Shown in pieces: positions 34,586 to 45,700 of a stretch of DNA of 64,000 nucleotides. Both the position numbers and the translations under genes were made by a program. Each line of letters opens with the position of its first letter. Position 1 is the stretch's first letter. The notes under the pieces are model-generated. The model ran no database searches, was not told the DNA's origin, and saw only the letters and a program-made list of their open reading frames with translations. This stretch comes from Candidatus Latescibacterota bacterium (lineage in GTDB: Bacteria; Latescibacterota; UBA2968), in contig OZ240241.1 of the NCBI GenBank assembly GCA_965198115.1, forward strand, positions 3,296,001 through 3,360,000, read 5' to 3'.

Positions 34586-35203
34586 GTGACCGCCCCCGAG
34601 CACCCGGTTCGCAGCTACTATCGCCGAACGGCCTCGGTCTACGACGCCACACGCTGGACCTTCCTTTACGACCGCCGCTTCGCGGTCCGTGCGCTCGAAC
34701 TCGCAGCCGGGGACGCCATTCTTGAGATCGGCGCCGGAACCGGTCACAACGTATCTGCATTCTCAGACGCTGTCGGTCCCGGTGGCCAGGTCACCCTCCT
34801 CGATTTCTCTCTGCCGATGCTGCGCCGCGCCCTGACCAGAAAAGCCGGTCCCGGGGCGTGCCGGGTCGACCACATCTGCGCCGACGGCTCACGCTTCGTC
34901 CTCAGACGCACGTATGATGCCATTCTCTTCTCCTACAGTCTCAGCCTGATTCCGGATCGCCAGGCCGCGCTCCAAGCAGCGATCGATCATCTCGAGCCGG
35001 GGGGTCGGCTCTGTGTCCTCGATTTCGGCAGGATGGATCGGTGGGGCCCTCTGCGTTGGGGGCTTCGCTGGTGGTTGGGACGGCACAGCGTCCAGCCGAT
35101 CTGGGAAGACCTGGTCCGTTTCGGTTCCCAACTCGAAAACTTCCGCATCGATGGTCGGAAACTTGGATGGACGCTCATCGCCGTCGGACATCGCGCGTCG
35201 TAG
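34586..35203 (+). CDS. Class I methyltransferase (UbiE/PmtA-like)
   Basis: LEIGAGTG, LDFSLPML, SYSLS, LEPGGRLCVLDF. Confidence 0.85.
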   Translation: MTAPEHPVRSYYRRTASVYDATRWTFLYDRRFAVRALELAAGDAILEIGAGTGHNVSAFSDAVGPGGQVTLLDFSLPMLRRALTRKAGPGACRVDHICADGSRFVLRRTYDAILFSYSLSLIPDRQAALQAAIDHLEPGGRLCVLDFGRMDRWGPLRWGLRWWLGRHSVQPIWEDLVRFGSQLENFRIDGRKLGWTLIAVGHRAS

Positions 35204-35385
35204 CCTCTCTTTGCGTCCCTGTGCTCAGCACGAGGGCGCCGTTACCGACCCATCGGTACGTATCCTGCCTGCAACACGTGTGCGATCGGACCACAACGTC
35301 TTGTCCATTCACACGTCGAAATGCATTCCCCTAACCATTTGCCCCCCACAGGCCATTGCAACGTTGATCCCAAGACCGTGTCTTC

Positions 35386-35401
35386 CGGCACGGGGCTTGC
35401 C
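35386..35401 (+). promoter_or_regulatory. sigma54 (-24/-12) promoter
   Basis: CGGCACGGGGCTTGCC with GG-N10-GC spacing, 50 bp before ATG 35452. Confidence 0.6.
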
Positions 35402-35451
35402 TGGGTATCTTTCGACCACGCCCCGTCCTGCCGATCACCTGGAGGTAACCG

Positions 35452-36366
35452 ATGACGCTTCGTCGTGCCACGCTTTTCGCCACGCTCATCCTCGCCCTTT
35501 CCACGCCCGCCTGGTGCATCTCGATTTCGATCGGAACGGACGCCATCCCGGGCGAGGTCATCCTCGATCTCACCGACCTCGAAGACACGGGCATCATCAT
35601 CGACCCGGGTCGTCGAGGTCGCATCACCATTCCCGTCCGTGGACGTGAAGATCGCCCGATCGAGCATCCCACGATGCAGGGCGATCTCCTCATCAATCCG
35701 ATCGGTAACGGCTACGCCCAGGACGTCAATGTCTACAACCCGATACACGATCTGCCCCTCGGCGCACCGCCCCCGGACTTCAGCTACCTCAACCGCGTAC
35801 GAGCCTTCTTCTCCTCTGCCAGTGGCGGTTTCGGCATGCGGATAGGCTACGATCGCCGTTTGCAGGAGGATCTGCGGCTCACCGCCGCGACTGAACTCCT
35901 GACCTACGGTCTGCGCCGATCAGTAGACATCCTGAACGCTGACCTGCCCCCCAACGTCACTCGAATCACCCTCGTGTCGTTGCCGGTCGGTCTCCAGCAG
36001 CAGTTCGGGACGTCAAGACGTGTCATCCCGCACGTCGGATTCGGCGCGGGTCCCGTCGTGCGCTTCGATCATCGCCCGCAGCCCGGCTACTACCCGACCA
36101 CCTACGGATCGACGGGTTATTATCCGACCGTCTACGGCCCCTCGAATGGCCTCAGCGTCAACGCCTACCTCAGCGATTTCCCCGCGATGTCCCTGACGGT
36201 CGGTGGCTTTGTGGAGAGCGGCGTCGACATCCGGGTTGGCAGTGAGAAGGATCTCGCCGTCACTATCGGGGGTCGCTACAGCTTCACACGATTCACGGAC
36301 AGCCTTGGGAATCCTGGCGATTTCAGCGGATTGAGTCTTGCAGTGGGGTTTGGGAAGTACTTCTAG
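35452..36366 (+). CDS. Outer-membrane beta-barrel protein
   Basis: GGAGG RBS, signal peptide, amphipathic strands (PHVGFGAG), C-terminal ...VGFGKYF. Confidence 0.8.
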   Translation: MTLRRATLFATLILALSTPAWCISISIGTDAIPGEVILDLTDLEDTGIIIDPGRRGRITIPVRGREDRPIEHPTMQGDLLINPIGNGYAQDVNVYNPIHDLPLGAPPPDFSYLNRVRAFFSSASGGFGMRIGYDRRLQEDLRLTAATELLTYGLRRSVDILNADLPPNVTRITLVSLPVGLQQQFGTSRRVIPHVGFGAGPVVRFDHRPQPGYYPTTYGSTGYYPTVYGPSNGLSVNAYLSDFPAMSLTVGGFVESGVDIRVGSEKDLAVTIGGRYSFTRFTDSLGNPGDFSGLSLAVGFGKYF

Positions 36367-36542
36367 GGGAGAAGGCAGGAGGCAGAAGTGAGAAGGGATT
36401 ACGCAATCCCATGACGGTGGGAGCGGCCTCCCGGCCGCGAATGGGGTGCCTTGTGTCCTTTCGTGGCCATTGCCGCAGGGGCGGATGGCGATCCGCCCGC
36501 ATCGTGCACGCGTGACCCTCGCGTTGACCTTCGTCAATAAAC

Positions 36543-36577
36543 AAAGAGGCCGCGATCCAACCGGATCGCGGCCTTTC
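36543..36577. terminator. Bidirectional intrinsic terminator
   Basis: AGGCCGCGATCC-AACC-GGATCGCGGCCT flanked by A and T runs. Confidence 0.8.
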
Positions 36578-36597
36578 CCCTGTCCGTTTCGCGGGGA

Positions 36598-37638
36598 TCA
36601 GGTTCTCGTGACGCGTGGCACACGTCTCAGACGAGTCTGAATGTCTCGTGGGGCGTTTGGCCAGGCGTCGAGGGTCGTCTGCACCGCTTTGTGCGAGTCC
36701 GACACGGCGTGGCCGAGTTGAATCAGGAGTTCTGACAGACGTTGCTGGGCCGCCGCGCCGACGACCTTCATCTTCTCCACCGTCGCCTCGACGATCTGTT
36801 GGGCATCGCACGACGTCAGCGAAGACAGCAGCAGGCGCATCGTTCGAATCCGATCGTTCCAGAAGTCGCGCGTCGAACTCACGGTATCCGCCACGGCCTG
36901 TGCGAAGCTGTCCGTCACACCGGCCTGGGCCACGGCCTCCGTGAACAGCTCGGTCACGACGCGTCGCCGTTCGCGTCGCGCCAGCCCCGGCCAGATCGCC
37001 TTCGCCGTACGCGTCACCTCGTCATCCGCCGTGAGCAAGGCGCGGACGAAAGCGCCCTGGTCGACGCGCGTCAACAAACGAAACGCACGATCCGTCGGGT
37101 CTCCTTTCGATTCCGGGAATTCCGCCGTCATCAGGTAGGACAGAATCCAATCCGCCGCGCCCTCCGGCCGATGCAACACCTCGAGCAAGCGGACCTCGAT
37201 CTCCGGCTCCAAACCAGAGAAGTAAGCGTCGAGCGCGAACCCCCACCCCTCAGGCGACTCCGGCAACCCCATCACCGCCTCGCCGGCGACATCGGGCGAC
37301 ACGTGATCGATCAACCGGGCTGCCCCGGTCGACCCCTGGAGGGAAAAGACCAGCGCGCGTCTGGCTTCGGGATCGCGTTCCCCCGCGGCAGCCGCTGTCA
37401 GCGGATCCACCAGCGCCGCAAACGTTGCCGCCGCACGATGGAAACCGAGCACCTGAGCCGCCGTCGTACGCCACGCTGGATCTTCCGCTTTCCGTGCGAA
37501 CTCTGCGAGCGCGATCGCATCCAGCTGACCGATTGACATCCGCTTCAATCGTCGCACCGCGTCGGTTCGCACGAGACCTTCCGTGTTCTCCGACGCGCTC
37601 TGTATCAGCTCGAGCAGTTCCTGTTGTCCGTTCGTCAT
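36598..37638 (-). CDS. Alpha-helical (HEAT-like) hypothetical protein
   Basis: ATG 37638 overlaps the upstream stop; EDPAWRTTAA and RDPEARRALV repeats. Confidence 0.7.
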   Translation of the reverse strand: MTNGQQELLELIQSASENTEGLVRTDAVRRLKRMSIGQLDAIALAEFARKAEDPAWRTTAAQVLGFHRAAATFAALVDPLTAAAAGERDPEARRALVFSLQGSTGAARLIDHVSPDVAGEAVMGLPESPEGWGFALDAYFSGLEPEIEVRLLEVLHRPEGAADWILSYLMTAEFPESKGDPTDRAFRLLTRVDQGAFVRALLTADDEVTRTAKAIWPGLARRERRRVVTELFTEAVAQAGVTDSFAQAVADTVSSTRDFWNDRIRTMRLLLSSLTSCDAQQIVEATVEKMKVVGAAAQQRLSELLIQLGHAVSDSHKAVQTTLDAWPNAPRDIQTRLRRVPRVTRT

Positions 37639-38322
37639 TCGGTCGCCTGGCCCGCTGTCGCCCGACCCGTGGCCGCGCGCTCCAGATCCAGCATCTCCAC
37701 GCCCTTCGTGTAGGCCTTCGACTCCCACTTGGTGAGACGAGAGATTCGATCCACCATACGCGCGATATCCGTACCCGATTCCACGATCTGTGTCAGCAGG
37801 CTGCGCGCCTCACCTTTCCGCGCCAGGAGGCCCTTCAACCGAAGGATGTCCGCGCTGCCCTGGATCACCATCAACGAATTGTTGATCTCGTGATTCGCGG
37901 CCACCATCGTCGACAACGCGCCCCGTAAACGCTCGTTTTCCTGCCACGTGAAGAAATTGCGGATCCGGTAGACGAGAACCTCGACCCGTTCTGGATGGAG
38001 CACGGACTTGCTGATGTAATCGATCACACCGGCTTTCAGCCCGTTGGCCTCCCTTTCCGGGTTATCTTCGACCGTCAGAAACATGACCGGTATCTGACTC
38101 GTATCATCCACGACACGCAGGGCCTCGAGCTACGTCATAGCCTCCAAGCCCCGGCATCTGCACGTCCAGCAGGATCAGATCGGGCGTGTAGTCTTGAGCG
38201 ACGGCCACCGCCTGCGGCCCACTCGATGCGGAGAGCACTTTGAACCCCTCGGGCTCGAGCGCCGCTCTGACATACGTCGTCACTGTGATATCGTCGTCGA
38301 CGGTGAGTATTGTTCGATCCAT
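37635..38322 (-). CDS. Response regulator with C-terminal HisKA-like helix pair, frameshift near 38125
   Basis: ILTVDDD, PDLILLDVQMPGLGG; then IPVMFLT, DYISK, ANHEINN. Confidence 0.85.
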
Positions 38323-38600
38323 AACCTTGCTCCGGGCTGTTGGAGTTAAAGATGGATGATGGAGTAGACGTTGGTTTTCAGTGGTCCGCTAACCGTTATC
38401 CGTTTGCCGTTGAGAACCAGGCCCCGCACGAACGTCGTTAAGAACCTGCGACGAGCGAATGCGAGGGGTGTCGCCGAGTGAAGTATCGGAACGTATGATT
38501 GTCCGTGGGCCGGTACGTGCTCGATGGGCGGGAGAGGTGCCCACCAGACACGCCCGGCCAACGGACAATGGTCAAAGAAGGGCCCCCCGACCGGCCCCGG

Positions 38601-38621
38601 GGCGGCATAGGCCGCCTTTTT
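38601..38621 (+). terminator. Intrinsic terminator-like hairpin
   Basis: GGCGGC-ATAG-GCCGCC followed by TTTTT. Confidence 0.55.
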
Positions 38622-38634
38622 GTTTCAAGCGATA

Positions 38635-39800
38635 GTGTCACGTCCCGCGTATAAGCTTCAAAAGTTTATGGACTTTCTCGAGGATTGAATCTGCCGTGGC
38701 GGTCCAGACGAAGGGTGTAGAATTCTCGTTGTAGTGATCAGTGAATTTCTTGATGCAGGCGATCAGGTCCTTGACGCTTCTGAAGGTGCCTCGTCGAATG
38801 GCTCTTTGGGTGATGATACCGAACCAGATCTCTACCTGGTTCAGCCAGGAGGCATATGTTGGTGTGTAGTGCACGTGATATCGTTTCCGTGAGGCGAGCC
38901 AACGCTTGACGTTCGGGTGCTTGTGCGTGCCGTAATTATCGACGACCAGATGGATGTCGAGATCCTTTGGGACGTTCTTGTCGATGTGCTTGAGGAACTG
39001 AAGGAACTCTTTGTTGCGGTGTCTGGGCTTGCACTGAGTCAGAACTTTGCCGGATGCGATGTTGAGCGCTGCAAAGAGGGTGGTCGTGCCGTTCCGGATA
39101 TAGCTGTGAGTGACGCCCTCGACGTATCCGAGACCCAAAGGAAGAATCGGTTGTGTCCGTTCGAGTGCTTGAATCTGGCTCTTCTCGTCTACACAGAGCA
39201 CCATCGCGTTGTCCGGTGGGTTCAGGTATAGACCGACGATATCCCTGACTTTCTCGACGAAGAAGGGATCGTTCGACAGTTTGAAGTGCTTCTGTCGATG
39301 CGGTTGCAGTCCAAAAGCTTTCCATACACGTTGAACCGAGGACTTGGAGAGCCCCGTCTCGTCGGCCATCGAACGACAGGTCCAGTGGGTGGCACCCTTC
39401 GGTTGCTTCTTGAGCGTCTTGTAGATGAGGGAGGAGATCTCTTCGTCGCTGACCGACCGTGGCCCTCCAGGACGCAATTCGTCATACAGTCCCATCAAGC
39501 CTTGCTCGCAGAAGCGACGACGCCACTTGCCGACAGACGCTCCGGACAACCCGACTCGTTCCGCGATCTCCTGATTGGTCAGACCGCAATCGCTCATCAA
39601 GACGATCTTCGCGCGACGCACCAAAGCGTGAGACATGCTACGCGAACGAGACAATGACTCGAGTTGATCGTGGACCTCATCACTGATGTTCAGTGGCTGT
39701 AACGGACGACCTCTAGCCATCGGTTCCTCCCAAGAATGAGTGCTTGAGGAACCATACGACAGAATCGAATATTTTTCTAGTTATTCCTGGGACGTGACAC
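38635..39800 (-). mobile_element. IS630-family IS (transposase 38638-39720)
   Basis: TA|GTGTCACGTCCC ... GGGACGTGACAC|TA; CVDEKSQIQAL, VDNYGTH, SWLNQVE. Confidence 0.95.
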
Positions 39801-40081
39801 TATAAGCCCAAACCTTAATCGCTGGTAGATGTCCCGGCCAACGGTTCACGGCTCACGGCCAACGTATTCTTTCTTCTAAACGCTTTCCTCTCGCGATCCG
39901 TTTCGGAGCCGACGAGCGAAAGCCTGGGCCGCACGCGTAATCCACCGCCCGTTCTGCGGTGGTGTCGGTCGCACTTCCGCGGCGGGTTCCTCATGGGTCA
40001 CGAGCGGCTTTCGCACACGAAGTTCCGCCGTGGTGGTTTCTCTCGATTCGATCGGTTTGTGGTTCATTCAAGCAGCTCCAG

Positions 40082-41398
40082 TCACGACGGAATGGATCGT
40101 GGCAGCGTCATCGACACGCGCACGCCGCCCAGTTCGCTGTCATCGATCGTCAGTGCGCCGCCGTGTGCTTCGACCACACGCGCGCAGATGGAGAGACCCA
40201 GTCCCAGTCCGTTGACCCGGCCGTCGCCCTTCTGGACCTGGTAGAATCGTTCCAGTACACGTTGCCGTTCAGCTTTTGGAATCCCTGGACCGGAATCTTC
40301 GACTGCGATCACGACCGTGTCCCTGGAGGACTCGCTGTCGATCGCCACGACCCCTCCTCGCGGCGTGAACTTGATCGCGTTGTCGATCAGGTTGCCCACA
40401 CACTGCACCAGCCGGCGCTCGTCCACGCACATTCGCGTTGCCGCACTCGCACGCGTCTCCAGCCCCACACCTTGCTCCGTCGCGCGATTCCGAAAAGCCA
40501 GCTCGCAGCCGGCCAGCATCGCATCGATCGCGACCTCGTCCGTCGGACGGATGGCGAGCGGATCCCGCTCCAACCGCGCCAGGAACAACAGGTCGTCCAG
40601 CATCGCTCCAAGATGGGTCGAGGCCACACGGGCGTGGGGCAATAAGCCCTCGAGGTCGGGCGACGCCAGGTAACGATCGATCGTCATCAGCGGACGACGC
40701 AATTCGTGGCGAATCATCGAAAAGAAATCGTCTCGCGTCTGTTCCGCCTCCCGCTCGAACTGCTTTCGCTCTGTGACGTCCTTCACGATCACCACGACCC
40801 CTGCTTCGCTGCCCGTCGCCACGAACGGCCCCGCCGTCACCTCGATCGGCCTGTCCAGCGTTCGCTCAACCGTCACCTCTTCCTGCAACACCGTCTCCAA
40901 TCGCAGATCGAGATGGCCACACACATCCCGCGCAACCTCCGATGCATCCAGATCGAGGAGTTGCCGGCAGGCGTCATTGGCCTTCAGAAGGGAACCGTAG
41001 CGATCGAGCAGGAGTACGCCGACGGGTACGAGGTCCAGAATCGCCCGGACCTCTTCGCGCTGAACGGCCAGCGCATCCTGCGTGCGTGAGAGGGATTCGA
41101 GCTGCTTCAGCTCTTGCCGCGCGTCAGCATCCTGACGGCGGTGAATCGAAGCGAGTTGGCGAAGGTCTTCATAGAGATCGCCCGCGGGTTCGAAAACGAC
41201 TACTTCGTCGCGTTCGAGCAGCACGCCGCACCGGACCAAATCGGCCACGGCCGCATCGACCTGGGCAACCGGTCGTGCCTGACGAAGCGCCAGGGCGCCC
41301 CGTGTGCATTCGAGGAAGGGATTGACGAAAAAATCGGCCACGATCCGCGCCTTCAGGTCGATCACCTGCGGATCCAGGACGGCCGTCAAAGCGGACAT
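40082..41398 (-). CDS. Cytoplasmic PAS histidine kinase with N-terminal winged-helix-like region
   Basis: PVGVLLLD PAS, HELRRPL H-box, NLIDNAIKFT, DSGPGI, GLGLGLSI. Confidence 0.9.
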   Translation of the reverse strand: MSALTAVLDPQVIDLKARIVADFFVNPFLECTRGALALRQARPVAQVDAAVADLVRCGVLLERDEVVVFEPAGDLYEDLRQLASIHRRQDADARQELKQLESLSRTQDALAVQREEVRAILDLVPVGVLLLDRYGSLLKANDACRQLLDLDASEVARDVCGHLDLRLETVLQEEVTVERTLDRPIEVTAGPFVATGSEAGVVVIVKDVTERKQFEREAEQTRDDFFSMIRHELRRPLMTIDRYLASPDLEGLLPHARVASTHLGAMLDDLLFLARLERDPLAIRPTDEVAIDAMLAGCELAFRNRATEQGVGLETRASAATRMCVDERRLVQCVGNLIDNAIKFTPRGGVVAIDSESSRDTVVIAVEDSGPGIPKAERQRVLERFYQVQKGDGRVNGLGLGLSICARVVEAHGGALTIDDSELGGVRVSMTLPRSIPS

Positions 41399-41696
41399 AC
41401 GTCTGCCCTTGGGACAACCGGGGAGCCCGCCGGTCCGGGAGGAGTCGGAAGCCGATTCGGGCTGGCTTATCTTAGGCTAACTAATGACGTAAGTCAATAT
41501 GAAATAGGGATTTGCGTTGCAAAACACAACGGGTTGTGGCCCTTGGGAAGTCAACCACATCATGCGTGGGCGAACAGGCGATCCTCCTTCGCGGCCTTGC
41601 CGGTTCGGAGGAGGAGAGCAACCACGGGTTGACGGTGGACGGAGAGACGGCTTCGCCCCATGTAACACGACAATGAGTATGGCAATGGGTAAAATC

Positions 41697-41794
41697 GCAG
41701 GTCTTCAGCCTGCGTGACTTTGCAAGACACCTTCAGCGAATTTACGTGGGGCTGAAGCCCCACGCAATTGTAGCGAAGCCGGCTGAAGCAGGCT
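41697..41794. repeat. REP-like palindrome cluster
   Basis: GCAGGTCTTCAGCCTGC, CGTGGGGCTGAAGCCCCACG, AGCCGGCTGAAGCAGGCT. Confidence 0.6.
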
Positions 41795-41919
41795 AGGAGG
41801 CTACGACTCGCCCGAACTGGCGATTTTCGCTCCCAAAACGTCGGCGCAAGATCCGGCAAACGGCCGACGGTTCACGGCCCACGACGCTTTCGCCTCTACT
41901 GTTAATATTGTCTTTTTCT

Positions 41920-41966
41920 ACCCCATAGATTGTGCTATACTCTCACTTGGGCACAATATAATGGGG
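41920..41966 (+). promoter_or_regulatory. Tandem NrdR boxes
   Basis: ACCCCATAGATTGTGC (41920) and GCACAATATAATGGGG (41951), 31 bp apart, resemble acaCwAtATaTwGtgt. A TGnTATACT extended -10 lies between them. Confidence 0.8.
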
Positions 41967-42027
41967 TATGCGGAGGCGAATCGCCACGCCCGGAGAGGGT
42001 TCCAAGAAGGGATCCGGAGGAAGAGCT

Positions 42028-42486
42028 ATGCGGTGTCCGTATTGTGACGACGTCGAGGACAAGGTCGTCGATTCCCGATCCAGCAAGGAGGGGACGGCGA
42101 TTCGAAGGCGGCGCGAGTGCCTGAATTGCGGGCGTCGATTCACGACCTACGAATACATCGAAGACCAGCCGCTCACGATCATCAAATCCGATGGCCGGCG
42201 CGAGGCGTTCGACAAGAACAAGCTCTTCGCGAAAATCCAGATGGCGTGCAACAAACGCCCCATCGCCACTGCAGAAATCGAAGAACTCGTCGACCGCATC
42301 GAAGCCGAACTGATCGGTCGGGGCGAACGAGAGATTGCCGCAAATCCGACGATTGGCGAACTGGTAATGCAGGAGTTGAAAGCGGTAGACGAGGTCGCGT
42401 ACGTTCGTTTCGCATCCGTGTATCGGCAGTTCAAAGACCTGCGAGACTTTGAGAATCAACTCAGGGAGTTAGAAGCACAGAACTAG
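42028..42486 (+). CDS. nrdR: Transcriptional repressor NrdR
   Basis: [33 protein letters not shown] cone, [11 protein letters not shown]. Confidence 0.97.
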   Translation: MRCPYCDDVEDKVVDSRSSKEGTAIRRRRECLNCGRRFTTYEYIEDQPLTIIKSDGRREAFDKNKLFAKIQMACNKRPIATAEIEELVDRIEAELIGRGEREIAANPTIGELVMQELKAVDEVAYVRFASVYRQFKDLRDFENQLRELEAQN

Positions 42487-42715
42487 CGGTCGGGAACCGG
42501 CGTCCGGGAACCGGGAACCGAATTGGTCATTGGTAACTGGCCATTCGAAATTGGTCAGTTGTTGTCGATTACGAATTTGCAATTTCTAATGACCAATTCT
42601 CAATGGATCGTCCCCCCTTACCCAACCTCCTCTCCCCCGAACCCGCCCGTGTGTGCTCGTAACAGTGTAGCCGGGTCGCATTTCCTGTGATCCGGACCGG
42701 AGGCTTTGCGTTTAC

Positions 42716-45700
42716 ATGAGATTCGAACGACGAACAACCAATCCTTCTTCCGATCCACTCGACGACGTCACCTACGTCCAGCGCAGCACCGTCATCACCG
42801 ATCAAGATGGGTCGGAGATTTTCCGGCTGGACAACTTCGACGTGCCCGAGGACTGGTCACAGCTCGCGACGGATATCGTCGCGTCCAAATACTTCCGCAA
42901 GCGCGGGGTACCGAAGACGGGGCACGAGACGTCCGTGCGTCAGGTCGTGCATCGTCTCGCGCACACGATTCGAACCGCCGGCGAAGAAGGAGGCTACTTC
43001 GACTCGACGGCCGACGCCGATGCGTTCGAAGCCGAGCTCGCACACTACCTCGTGCACCAGGCGGGCGCTTTCAACTCACCGGTCTGGTTCAACTGTGGAC
43101 TCTACCAGGAATACAACATCCGCAAGGGCAACGGCGGCCATTACTATTGGGACAACTTGCGCGAACGTGTGCTGCAGACGAAGGATGCCTACTCGCATCC
43201 ACAGTGCTCAGCCTGCTACATCCAGTCAGTCAACGACGACCTGATGGCCATCTTCGATCTGCTCAAGTCGGAGGCGCGACTGTTCAAATACGGATCGGGA
43301 ACAGGAACGAACTTCTCGAAGATCCGCGGCAATATGGAGAAGCTCTCCGGCGGCGGCACCTCCTCCGGCCTGATGAGCTTCCTCGAGGTCTTCGACAAGG
43401 GTGCCGGCGCGACCAAATCCGGCGGCATCACGCGTCGAGCCGCGAAGATGGTCACGCTCGACTTGGACCATCCCGAGATCGTCGACTTCATCAACTGGAA
43501 GGCCAACGAAGAAAAGAAAGTCGTCGCGCTGATCGAAGGCGGCTACAGCAGTGACTTCAACGGCGAAGCCTACCGCACCGTCTCCGGTCAGAACTCGAAC
43601 AACTCCGTGCGTATTCCCGACAGCTTTATGGAGGCCTACGAAAGCGACGGAGAGTGGCAGACGACGCTTCGAACGAACGGCGACGTCTGGAAGACCTACA
43701 AGGCGCGCGACTTGATGCGCGAGATCGCCGACGCCGCGTGGGCGTGCGCCGACCCGGGCACGCAATACGACACCACGATCAACTCGTGGCACACCTGCCC
43801 GAACACCGACCGCATCAACGGCTCGAACCCGTGCTCCGAGTATATGTTCCTCGATGACAGCGCCTGCAACCTGGCAAGCATCAATCTGTTGAAGTTCCTG
43901 AGCGACGACGGCAACTTCGACGTCGACGGTTTCCGTCACGCTTGCCGCGTCTTCTTCGTCGCGCAGGAAATCCTCATCGACTTCGCGTCCTACCCGACCA
44001 AACGAATCGCGCAGAACAGCCACGACTACCGCCCGCTCGGTCTCGGCTACGCCAACCTCGGCACCCTGCTGATGGTGATGGGTCTCCCCTACGACAGCCC
44101 TGAAAGCATCGCCATCTGCGGCGCCATCACCGCCATCATGTGCGGCGAAGCCTACAAGGCCTCCGCAGCAATGGCGAAGGACAAAGGACCTTTTCCGGGG
44201 TTCGAGAAAAACCGCGAGCCGATGCTCGACGTGATGGGCATGCACCGCGACGCCGCCTACGCCATCGACGATGCCCACGTCCCCGCCTACCTCGCCGAAG
44301 CCGCCCGCGTCACCTGGGATGACGCGGTCAAGCACGGCAAGCGTCACGGTTACCGGAACGCACAAGCCACCGTCCTCGCGCCGACCGGCACGATCGGTCT
44401 GCTGATGGACTGCGACACGACCGGTGTCGAACCCGACTTCGCGCTCGTCAAATTCAAAAAGCTCGCCGGCGGGGGCTACTTCAAGATCGTCAACGCCAGC
44501 GTCCCCAAGGCGCTCGCCCGACTCGGCTACAGCAAGAGGCAGCGTCACGACATCGTCGCCTACATCGTCGGCACCTTCAAGCTCGAAGGCACGCCCAACA
44601 TCAACGCCGACACGCTTCGTGAGAAAGGCTTCAGCGACGACGAGCTCGAGAAGATCGAAGACGCGCTGCCCGGCGCTTTCGACCTCAGCTTCGCCGTCAA
44701 CCCGTGGGTGCTTGGCGACGAGACGATGGAGCGCCTTGGGTTCAGCGCGGACAAATTCAAGTCTCCGGGCTTCAACCTGTTGCAAGAGCTCGGGTTCACA
44801 CCCGTCGAGATCGACACCGCGAACGACGTCATCTGCGGACGGCAGACGATTGAGGGCGCTCCCCATCTGAAGGACGAGCACCTCCCCGTCTTCGACTGCG
44901 CGAACACGTGCGGCAAACACGGAAAACGCTTCATTCGACCCCTCGCCCATCTGCATATGATGTCCGCCGCACAGAAATTCATCAGCGGCGCCATCAGCAA
45001 AACCGTCAACGTCCCGCACGAGACGTCGAGCGAGCAGATCGAGGATCTCTACGTCGAGGGGTGGAAGCTCGGGCTCAAGGCTGTCGCGATGTACCGGGAC
45101 GGGTCCAAACTCTCTCAACCACTGTCTTCGAAGAGCGAAAAGACAGCCACTGAGGACACGGAGAACACAGAGAATGAGGGTTCATCCCCTGCCCCCGGCT
45201 CCTCTGCCCCCCTGCAGAACGAAGTCGTCACCGAAACTGTCGCTGACCCCGCGGAAGTCGAAGCCTCCATCGCCAGGGCGGTCGATGAAGCCTTAGCCGA
45301 GGCGCAGCGGACGCAGGGGCCCGTTCGGAGACGGTTACCTTCGAAGAGAAAAGGCTTCACTCAGGAAGCAAGGGTCGCCGGTCATAAGGTGTTCCTGAGA
45401 ACCGGCGAGTATGAAGATGGCAGCCTCGGCGAGATCTTTATCGATATGCACAAAGAGGGCGCGCCGTTTCGGTCGATGCTGAACTGCTTTGCGATCGCGA
45501 TTTCGAAGGGGTTGCAGTTCGGTGTTCCGCTGGACGAGCTCGTGGAGACGTTCACGTTCACGCGCTTCGAACCGGCGGGGATGGTAGATCATTCGAACAT
45601 TCGGTTCGCCACTAGCGTGATCGATTACGTATTCAGAGTGCTCGGCTACGAGTACCTGGGTAGAACCGATTTCCTCCAAGTGAAGCCGGAGGACATCAGT

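Noticed and set aside
42487-42715. Cobalamin riboswitch upstream of nrdJ
   Set aside because: No B12-box or conserved core recognisable; the region is explained by heptamer repeats, and NrdR boxes lie upstream of nrdR.
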